64,000 nt of DNA from an uncultured Candidatus Saccharibacteria bacterium. GTDB taxonomy: Bacteria; Patescibacteriota; Doudnabacteria; UBA920; 2-01-FULL-46-14. The position numbers and the translations under genes are program-made. The stretch is taken from NCBI GenBank assembly GCA_964396685.1, contig CAYNFS010000001.1, positions 16,638 through 80,637 of the forward strand, given 5' to 3'. Shown piece after piece: positions 57,096 through 64,000 of the stretch; position 1 is the first letter of the stretch; each line of letters opens with the position of its first letter. The notes below the pieces were generated by a model. The model saw only the letters and a list, made by a program, of their open reading frames with translations. It did not search any database and was not told the origin of the DNA.

Positions 57096-57883
57096 TTTTT
57101 TGCTTTAAGGCGTTCGTTAATCTTGTCCACTTGCTCGAGGAGCCGTAAATCTAAGCCAAGTTTTTGGCCAAGCCAAACTAGGCTTTTGAGATCTTTTGGC
57201 AGGCATTTGCCGTCGTACCCTCGATAGCCTGCGTGCAAGACGTCAAAGTGCGCGTTGTCATTTCTGATTCTCGAATCAGCCGCCAATCCCTCTCGCACCG
57301 TATGATAATCAATCTCAAGCTTTTCGCAAAGATCATAAATATTGTTGGCAAAAATCACTTTGAAAGCGTAATAAGAATTGATGGCATATTTCGCCATCTC
57401 GGCAATGCTTGCCGGCGCAATTTTTTGATAAGGGGCGGATGGCAGAATCTTCAAAACCTGGTCCGCCAAATCCTTGGTTTTTGTGGTATATCCTACAAGC
57501 TGTTTGTCGGGATGCGCAAAATCCTCAATTGCGGTCTTTTCCGTCAAAAATTCGGGGTTGAAGATAAAATTAGCTTGAGAGTACTTTGCTTGATAATTAT
57601 CAGTCGTCCCAGGCACCACCGTGGATTTAATAATAATAATCTGTTTGTCAGGATTAACCAGGTGCGAAACTGTTTTGGCAACGGCATCGTCCATCTCCGT
57701 TAAATCCTGACCGTTGTTGTGCGGAGTCGGAACTGCTACAAAAATCAAATCACTCGCTGCCACTTCTTCGATGGGATCGGAATCCTTGTATTTATCGTAA
57801 ACCTTCACTTTCCCATAATAAGCGGCTATGGCCTTGCCGACTGCTCCGCCGCCAACGATTCCGACTGAAAATTTATTGGTCAT
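57092..57883 (-). CDS. Short UDP-glucose/GDP-mannose dehydrogenase family protein
   Basis: GGGAVG, VPTP, IKST, NPEFL and GYDGKCLPKD; no C-terminal domain. Confidence 0.88.
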   Translation of the reverse strand: MTNKFSVGIVGGGAVGKAIAAYYGKVKVYDKYKDSDPIEEVAASDLIFVAVPTPHNNGQDLTEMDDAVAKTVSHLVNPDKQIIIIKSTVVPGTTDNYQAKYSQANFIFNPEFLTEKTAIEDFAHPDKQLVGYTTKTKDLADQVLKILPSAPYQKIAPASIAEMAKYAINSYYAFKVIFANNIYDLCEKLEIDYHTVREGLAADSRIRNDNAHFDVLHAGYRGYDGKCLPKDLKSLVWLGQKLGLDLRLLEQVDKINERLKAKK

Positions 57884-58700
57884 ACTTTCCTTGGTTTAGG
57901 CGAAGATTCACTTCTTTAGCTTTTTCAAACAAAGACATATCCACGCCCAGTGCTTTCCCTTCGGCAATCACACTTTTGATGTCCTTTGGGAAACATTTCC
58001 CGCCATAGCCACGGTATGCTTCATGACGATTTTGATTAAGGCTTGCCTCGGTATGCCAGATTTCCCAATGGCTTTCTCCCACGCGCTTGTCGGCCACCAC
58101 CGCCTCTTTGACCAGTTCATAATCAATTCCTAGAGCTTGGCAAATGTCATAAATTTGATTTGCAAAAATCACGCGCAGGGCCAAAAAAGTGTTAGACGCG
58201 TATTTAATCATCTCCGCAACGGTGGCTGGGACAATTTTCCGGTAAGGCGCTTCCGGCAAAATTTCCAAAAGTTCAGAAATCAAAGGATTATCTTTGGTTT
58301 TGCTTGTAAACCCCGCGATTTGTCTGTCGTTTTTGAGAAAATCATCGTTCGCGGTTTTGTCGCGTAAAAATTCCGGGTTGAAAGCAAAGTTAATCAAGGG
58401 ATATTTTTGCTGATACTTTTCAGTGGTTCCCGGAAGCGCCGTTGATTTGATCACGACTAACTGATTGGCCGAATCAACAAGATGAGTTACCACGTTCTCG
58501 ACCGCCTCGTCCAAAATAGACAAATCAAAACCGCCATTGTATGGGGTAGGTACGCAAATAAAAATAAACCGAGCTTGGGCTACTTCCTCGATTGGGTCAG
58601 AATCTTTATATTTGTCGTAAACCTTGGCGGAGTTAAAAAAATTTTTAACCGCGCTCCCGACTACCCCGCCGCCGATGATTCCAACTAAATGTCCACTCAT
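57873..58700 (-). CDS. Short UDP-glucose/GDP-mannose dehydrogenase family protein (paralog)
   Basis: GGGVVG, VPTP, NPEFL and GYGGKCFPKD; no C-terminal domain. Confidence 0.88.
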   Translation of the reverse strand: MSGHLVGIIGGGVVGSAVKNFFNSAKVYDKYKDSDPIEEVAQARFIFICVPTPYNGGFDLSILDEAVENVVTHLVDSANQLVVIKSTALPGTTEKYQQKYPLINFAFNPEFLRDKTANDDFLKNDRQIAGFTSKTKDNPLISELLEILPEAPYRKIVPATVAEMIKYASNTFLALRVIFANQIYDICQALGIDYELVKEAVVADKRVGESHWEIWHTEASLNQNRHEAYRGYGGKCFPKDIKSVIAEGKALGVDMSLFEKAKEVNLRLNQGKYDQ

Positions 58701-58726
58701 GTTATAATCCATTATGTCTTAAAAAT

Positions 58727-59929
58727 ATGGAAAAGTCAATCTGTTTTGTGGTAACCCAGGGAGAATTAGGCGGCGCCCAGCGCTACGTTTTTGATCTGGC
58801 TGCAAGTCTTGCGGGCTCTTATCGAGTTTTGGTCGTGGTCGGAGCCGAAAAGTCAGAATTGCAGCAAAAACTGCAAGAAGCAAACGTTGAAGTGAAAATG
58901 GCTAACAATCTTGTGCGAAAAATTCATCCGATCAAAGACCTTCGCGCAATTTTTGAATTAAGAAAGGTTTTTCGGGAAATAAAGCCGGATATCGTGCATC
59001 TAAACAGCAGCAAGGCGGGAGTTATGGGAAGCATTTCGGCCAGGCTTGCCGGTATCAAAAATGTGATTTTTACGGCGCACGGATTTGCCTTTTTGGAGCC
59101 GCATTCCTGGATAATCAGACAAATTTATTTTTGGGCCGAAAAAATTGCCAGTCTTTTTCGCCGCAAAATCATCTGCGTTTCGGAGTTTGACCGGCAGGAA
59201 GCGATCAAATGGGGCCTTTGCCAGCCGGAAAAACTGGTAACTATTCATAACGGGATTGAACCCTTCAACGTCATTGCGACCCCGAGCTTGGCGAGGGGGA
59301 AGCAATCTCATGAGATCGCCACGGGCTTACGTCCTCGCGATGACAGAAATACGGTAATTGGAACGATAGCCAACCTCTACAAAACCAAAGGCTTGGAATA
59401 TCTGATAGAGGCCGCCCATATACTAAATACTAAATACCAAATACTAAATACTAAATTTCTCGTCATTGGCGAAGGGCAGGAAAGAGGGAATCTGGAATCA
59501 CAAATCAGGAATAATGGTTTACAAGACAAATTCATTTTGCTTGGGGCAAAACCGGATGCCGCGCAATATCTGCCGCAATTTGACATTTTTGTTTTGCCGT
59601 CAATCAAAGAAGGTTTCCCTTATACCATTCTGGAAGCAATGAGTGCGGGGTTGCCAATCGTGGCAACGGCGGTGGGAGGTATTCCGGAAATGCTAACCCC
59701 CTCTCTTTCTCCCCCTATTTCGCAGAGCGAAACAGGGGGAGATGAAGTGGGGGTTCTCGTTCCTCCCAAAGACCCGCAAGCGCAGGCAGAAGCAATCCGG
59801 TTTCTGGTCAACAATCCCGGAATAGCAAAAAAACTCGGACAAAATGCCCAAGCCAAAGTCAAAGAATTCACCGCAGAAAAGATGATAAACAAAACGATCG
59901 GAATTTATGAGTCATTGCGAGGAGTGTAA
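58727..59929 (+). CDS. GT4 glycosyltransferase with three internal repeat insertions and a repeat-derived stop
   Basis: GGAQRY, HLNSSKAG and EGFPYTILEAM. Confidence 0.92.
   Translation: MEKSICFVVTQGELGGAQRYVFDLAASLAGSYRVLVVVGAEKSELQQKLQEANVEVKMANNLVRKIHPIKDLRAIFELRKVFREIKPDIVHLNSSKAGVMGSISARLAGIKNVIFTAHGFAFLEPHSWIIRQIYFWAEKIASLFRRKIICVSEFDRQEAIKWGLCQPEKLVTIHNGIEPFNVIATPSLARGKQSHEIATGLRPRDDRNTVIGTIANLYKTKGLEYLIEAAHILNTKYQILNTKFLVIGEGQERGNLESQIRNNGLQDKFILLGAKPDAAQYLPQFDIFVLPSIKEGFPYTILEAMSAGLPIVATAVGGIPEMLTPSLSPPISQSETGGDEVGVLVPPKDPQAQAEAIRFLVNNPGIAKKLGQNAQAKVKEFTAEKMINKTIGIYESLRGV
59270..59344. repeat. GTCATTGCGA palindromic element (75 bp, 25 codons, in frame)
   Basis: GTCATTGCGA...TCGCGATGAC; encodes VIATPSLARGKQSHEIATGLRPRDD. 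Confidence 0.9.
59420..59454. repeat. Heptamer tandem repeat (ATACTAA)x5 in a GT4
   Basis: One copy is ATACCAA; encodes ILNTKYQILNTK. Confidence 0.88.
59696..59754. repeat. C5/G5 palindromic element, copy B (in frame)
   Basis: Both 20-bp arms identical to copy A, with a different 19-nt hairpin centre. Confidence 0.9.
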
Positions 59930-59991
59930 CGACGAAGCAATCTCACAGGCTTTAGGATTGCTTCGTCCGCCTCTGGCGGACTCGCAATGAC
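59911..59991. repeat. GTCATTGCGA palindromic element overlapping the GT4 stop
   Basis: 81 bp, GTCATTGCGAG...CTCGCAATGAC; contains the TAA at 59927-59929. Confidence 0.9.
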
Positions 59992-60001
59992 GCGTATCTA
60001 A

Positions 60002-60691
60002 TTAGGTCTTTAGTTTCTCCAACTCTCTTCTCACAGCCTCATTAGTTGGATTGAGTTCCAGGTGTTTCTGGTAGTATTCTATCGCTTTTTCTTTATTGCC
60101 GATTTGCTGATAAAAACTTCCGGTCAAAGAATAGAGATCGGCGGCTTCGGGATTGTTTTTGATTGAGTCCAAAAGCAAAGCCTCGGCCTTGCCGTTGTCT
60201 TTGAGCGCGTAAAAATACAGCTCAAACAAATTGCGAATGGTCGGAATGTCGTCCGGATCGTTAGCTATGGAAATCAGATAATTTTTTTCGGCCTTGTCAT
60301 ACTCTTGAAGCTCAAAGTGGTAAAGAGCGGCAAGATTTGAGAAAGACAAGGAGTTTTGGGGCCGAATGATATTGGCATATTCCCAGGCGTCAATCGCACC
60401 CTCGTAATCTCCCAGATACTGCTTGAGGATGGCGACATCGTTTATACCCTGAAGCGTGTCAAAATTGGCATTGATTACCGCTTCCCGGGCTGTTTTCAGC
60501 TGCTCCAGATATTTATCTCTCTGCTCTTCAGTCAAATCGGTCTTTGTGATTTTTGCTTCCGCGATAATGCTGGCCTTGAGAGCTTCCAGATCAGCATCTT
60601 GAGGCACGGTTTTGCTAAACTCGCGGTACGTAAAAAAACCGGCAGCGGCTACCAATATCAACGCGATTGCGATTTTGACAGTTTTGCCCAT
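60002..60691 (-). CDS. Membrane-anchored TPR protein
   Basis: N-terminal signal anchor and several TPR motifs; leaderless-type promoter. Confidence 0.88.
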   Translation of the reverse strand: MGKTVKIAIALILVAAAGFFTYREFSKTVPQDADLEALKASIIAEAKITKTDLTEEQRDKYLEQLKTAREAVINANFDTLQGINDVAILKQYLGDYEGAIDAWEYANIIRPQNSLSFSNLAALYHFELQEYDKAEKNYLISIANDPDDIPTIRNLFELYFYALKDNGKAEALLLDSIKNNPEAADLYSLTGSFYQQIGNKEKAIEYYQKHLELNPTNEAVRRELEKLKT

Positions 60692-60717
60692 AGAAAAATA
60701 ATAGCAAAAACTTGAAC

Positions 60718-60755
60718 CAAAAACAACCCCGCCCTTTTTGCGAAAAGGGCGGGGT
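60718..60755 (-). terminator. Intrinsic terminator of the S-layer-like gene
   Basis: ACCCCGCCCTTTT-4 nt-AAAAGGGCGGGGT followed by TGTTTTT on the minus strand; a second hairpin CTGCTTCCT/AGGAAGCAG lies at 60766-60791. Confidence 0.85.
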
Positions 60756-60817
60756 GTTTCTCCTCTGCTTCCTTTTTTGAATCAGGAAGCAGTCATAACC
60801 AAGTTTTTATTACCTGA

Positions 60818-63800
60818 TTATTTGGTGAGAGTCTCAGCAGTGGAAGTCACCGGCAGACCTGACACCCGGTACCCGTTGAACCACTCGGCCGTATTGGTCG
60901 CAGTGGAGGAACTGTTGCCGTAGTGCAGATCCGACCAGACAAACTTGCCCTGCTCTTGGTCGGCAATACCAGTGCTGGGGTTGTTGCCGGTCGCCGTGCT
61001 TGCACTTCTGGGATCAGTGTTGGTTCCGCTGAACGCACTGTCGCCGCGGAACACAACTGACACTGACGAACCAGTAACAGCGCTGGCCACGGTCCCGCGA
61101 AGCTCGAAGGTCTTGGACTGGCCCGCCGAGATGAAGCGGAATTCTCCACCATTGCCGACACCGTCAGTGCCGGTATCAAACAATAGGTTGACGCTGTACT
61201 GACCGCCCTTGCCGTCAGAAGAGGTTACAAGCACTGTGCTCACGTCTCTCGCGGCATTGTTGGTCAAGTTCTTCTCGCTTGAGGTATTCGGCTCTTCGAT
61301 AAGCTCGAAGTTGGTTACAGTCGCCGTGGTAGTGGTGATCGCAAAGCTTGCCTTGTAGAAGCCGAGGTCACCCTTGGCATCAGCCGTGACTTTGAACTTG
61401 AACAGCGACACACCGCTGGAGTTGACCAAGGTATTGCTGGAAAGCGCCAGTTTTTGCCAGGTCGGCACGCTCTTGTAGATAGTGTACTCCTGTCCGGTGA
61501 AGGTGCCTGACTTGTTGCCGGCAGCTAGGTTCGTGCCGGAAGAAACACCTTTTGCACTGTATTTATCCTCGGCAACCGAGAAGGATACTCCGTCCCCGGA
61601 ATCACCCACATTGCCGTCACCCTGGTTGTTGGTGACAGCTTGAGTGTCAACCTTCAAGGTCAGCTTTTTGCTGGTGCCCTTCGTGATGACGAATTTCCCG
61701 TCAAGGTTCATAAAGGACACTGCAGAAGTGGTGGTCGGCGCAACGGACGCAATTTGGGTTGAGCCGTCAAAGAGGTAGGCCATCGAAAATTCATCATTGA
61801 TATTCCCGCCATTTACCTGTGTGCGACTAAAGTGAATCTCCGTAAGATCTACGTTCTCATTGTTGGCCGATAACAGTAATTCTCCCACTGTCACTTTGCT
61901 TGCCCCGCCAGTTATCAAGGCACCCTGGCTCGGGTTGGACGCGTCTGTTGCGACCGTCATTGAACCAGAGTCCGCGATGGTCATGGTCTGACCCTCGCTC
62001 ACAGCCACGGTTTCGGTAACCGTGTTGCCTGTCGTGGCACCTACCGCCGTCACGAGATCCGAGTTGCTTATGCCGAAGGTGTGATCGTCACCTGCAACGC
62101 CCGAAACCAGATCGCCTTTCAAGGTGAGGGTTTTGGACGCGCCTTTAGCAATTACAATCGGACTCGTAAGCGAGAAGGTTGAGGTGGCCGCTAAACCTGC
62201 GACATTGGTTGGCTGGACTATCGGCAGAAGAGCGGTTGTGCCGTCAAATAGCTGAAGGTTTGCAACCTGCGACTGCTCGTTGTTGCCATCAGTCCTGTGC
62301 ACCACCGCAAGCTGTGTTAGGCGAACGTCTTCGCCGGAGTTGGCGGCGTCAAAGATGAAGTTCGCAAACACGAAATCTGTTGCTCCGACGATTACGGATT
62401 GAGCCGCCGGCGTGACAGACGTTGAAACGCTCAATGCTGCGGTTTTCACGGTTACCGTGTCAAGCGACAGATCGCTTGTCGGATTGGCCGTGATGGTCTG
62501 ATTGGTTACTTCGCCTTTGGCGGTAACCAGACCGTCTGGGTCGGACAGTCTCAACGTAATCGTGTCGTTTGCCGAATAACTCGAATTCAAAGTTCCGTAG
62601 ACCGTGTAAGTGTGAGTCCCCACCGGGAAGACAATGGTGTCGGTCGAAGTTGCGCTTCCCAAGGTGGTCAGGCCTGACGCCACGGCCGGATCAAACGGAC
62701 CGGCAACTGCGACGCCGCTTTCATCCTTCACTGTCAAGTCGCTCAAGTTAGCAATCGCGGCAGTAGAAGTAACGCCGATAATCAACTGGGTCACGCGAAT
62801 CGCTTCACCCTGAACCGTGGACTTGAACGCGCCCAAAGCTTGTGCGCTTGCGCCTTCCGCCACATTGAGGGATGACAATACTCCTTTCGAGTAGGTTATG
62901 GAACCGTTCCCAATCGTCGTGTCGGCGGGGTTGTAGAACGGACTCGTAGTGACTGCCACAGCAGCGCTGGTCTGGTAGGTCGGCACTACGTAGAAACCGT
63001 AAGTTTGACCCTTTACAACCACATCGGCCTTTTTGTCAATGTCCAAGCTGATAGCGCGGGCTGATCCGTCGACGATGTCCAAGCGCAAATCCAGATTCTT
63101 GGTTTGACCTTTGTCAACTACCAAGGGACTTGCGAGAACAAACTGGGCTTTCTTCGCGCTTGGCGAAGCGACACTGGTCAGCGCGGAGCCGTCCACCATT
63201 AACTCCAAGTCTTTCACATCAGTGTCTCCGGCACTGCCGTTCTGGGTGAACGTGATGCTGGAGAGTTCAACTTTTTCTACGGAGTTGTTGATGATCTGAA
63301 GTGAAGAGACAATGTAATCAACGGTACCGACGTTTTGCGTCGTGGCCGAAGGAGTAGCGCTGGCTTTGACCGTGACCGCGGCAATCGTGACCGAGTTGTT
63401 CATGGTCATGGCATTACCCGCAATTGGCAAAGTGCCAGACTTAGTAGCAGAGCCCGCTACCACCAGATCAATCAATTCTAGCTTGGCTTGCTCTGCGGCC
63501 TGCAGGGTGCCGGCCATGTTGGCCGCAATCATGACACTCTTGGTCGTGCCGCTTTTGACGACCATATCGTCGCCAAACGAGGCTTTGTGTGTGGAACTCA
63601 AGGATTTCTCATTGCCGATCTGGGTTGCTTGACCGACTGAAATACCTCCGGAAACATCAAGCAAGATGATATCCGTGAAGTTGGAGTCGGACGAAACCCC
63701 GGTTCGCTCCACAGTGAGGGAATCAATCGTGACGTCCCCGCCTGTGGCAGTGAAGTTGACTTTGGTAAAGCCGACGCGAGCCGCATTTTTGACAACTGTT

Positions 63801-64000
63801 GCGGCAGCAGGCGTGTCAGAGGCCAAAGACATGGTAAGCGTGCCAGTAGACGGTGTTGTCGGAGGGGTAATCACTTCTTCCGCGCAGTAGTTGGAACCGG
63901 CAGTCAGTCCCGAAGTAGAGCCCGCAACCGGCGTTGAGAAGCTAAATCCAAAACCGGTATAGCAGGAAGCTGTCGGGAATCCGCGCTTGGCGGTCGCTGT
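60818..64000 (-). CDS. Large S-layer-like surface protein with tandem Ig-like beta domains (5' end outside window)
   Basis: Frame stays open to 64000 (>1060 aa); rich in T/S/A/V/G; repeated units of about 150 aa ending in the I.KG.SK.L.L..D pattern. Confidence 0.8.
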   Translation of the reverse strand, partial: TATAKRGFPTASCYTGFGFSFSTPVAGSTSGLTAGSNYCAEEVITPPTTPSTGTLTMSLASDTPAAATVVKNAARVGFTKVNFTATGGDVTIDSLTVERTGVSSDSNFTDIILLDVSGGISVGQATQIGNEKSLSSTHKASFGDDMVVKSGTTKSVMIAANMAGTLQAAEQAKLELIDLVVAGSATKSGTLPIAGNAMTMNNSVTIAAVTVKASATPSATTQNVGTVDYIVSSLQIINNSVEKVELSSITFTQNGSAGDTDVKDLELMVDGSALTSVASPSAKKAQFVLASPLVVDKGQTKNLDLRLDIVDGSARAISLDIDKKADVVVKGQTYGFYVVPTYQTSAAVAVTTSPFYNPADTTIGNGSITYSKGVLSSLNVAEGASAQALGAFKSTVQGEAIRVTQLIIGVTSTAAIANLSDLTVKDESGVAVAGPFDPAVASGLTTLGSATSTDTIVFPVGTHTYTVYGTLNSSYSANDTITLRLSDPDGLVTAKGEVTNQTITANPTSDLSLDTVTVKTAALSVSTSVTPAAQSVIVGATDFVFANFIFDAANSGEDVRLTQLAVVHRTDGNNEQSQVANLQLFDGTTALLPIVQPTNVAGLAATSTFSLTSPIVIAKGASKTLTLKGDLVSGVAGDDHTFGISNSDLVTAVGATTGNTVTETVAVSEGQTMTIADSGSMTVATDASNPSQGALITGGASKVTVGELLLSANNENVDLTEIHFSRTQVNGGNINDEFSMAYLFDGSTQIASVAPTTTSAVSFMNLDGKFVITKGTSKKLTLKVDTQAVTNNQGDGNVGDSGDGVSFSVAEDKYSAKGVSSGTNLAAGNKSGTFTGQEYTIYKSVPTWQKLALSSNTLVNSSGVSLFKFKVTADAKGDLGFYKASFAITTTTATVTNFELIEEPNTSSEKNLTNNAARDVSTVLVTSSDGKGGQYSVNLLFDTGTDGVGNGGEFRFISAGQSKTFELRGTVASAVTGSSVSVVFRGDSAFSGTNTDPRSASTATGNNPSTGIADQEQGKFVWSDLHYGNSSSTATNTAEWFNGYRVSGLPVTSTAETLTK

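Noticed and set aside
47761-59991. Dispersed repeats as a CRISPR array or integron attC sites
   Set aside because: Copies are kilobases apart and lie inside genes, with no regular spacers and no cas or integrase gene.
1-64000. TGA recoding (code 25) or selenocysteine
   Set aside because: TGA codons end complete domains and form ATGA overlaps with the next genes.

Overview
A 64-kb cell-surface region, almost all on the minus strand. By gene style and content it is most likely from a Patescibacteria (CPR) genome using code 11; this is inference. Left to right: a type IV pilus operon (PilX-like, two prepilins, pilC, pilB) headed by an O-antigen-ligase/TPR oligosaccharyltransferase; an initiating phosphoglycosyltransferase; a ~30-kb glycan operon (10-40 kb); a GT4/GT2/GT-C block interrupted by two toxin-antitoxin modules; and a large S-layer-like protein running off the right edge. 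The glycan operon holds two NeuB-type ulosonate synthases, two cytidylyltransferases, a sulfotransferase, CysQ, methyl/acyl/carbamoyl transferases and an ABC flippase. Four things stand out. (1) Palindromic elements of at least four families, plus heptamer microsatellites, sit in frame inside genes, and different families occupy the same three homologous loops of GT4 enzymes. (2) A 110-bp MITE-like element sits in the prepilin G|FTLIE cleavage site and rebuilds it, so its 38 aa should leave with the leader peptide. (3) A pyruvate kinase-ATP sulfurylase-APS kinase triple fusion lies next to cysQ, in the same operon as a sulfotransferase. (4) Two small cassettes are bounded by inverted repeats, one a perfect 21-bp pair around an MNT-HEPN module. 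No rRNA, tRNA, CRISPR array, transposase or integrase was seen. All calls come from reading motifs by eye; no database searches were run.
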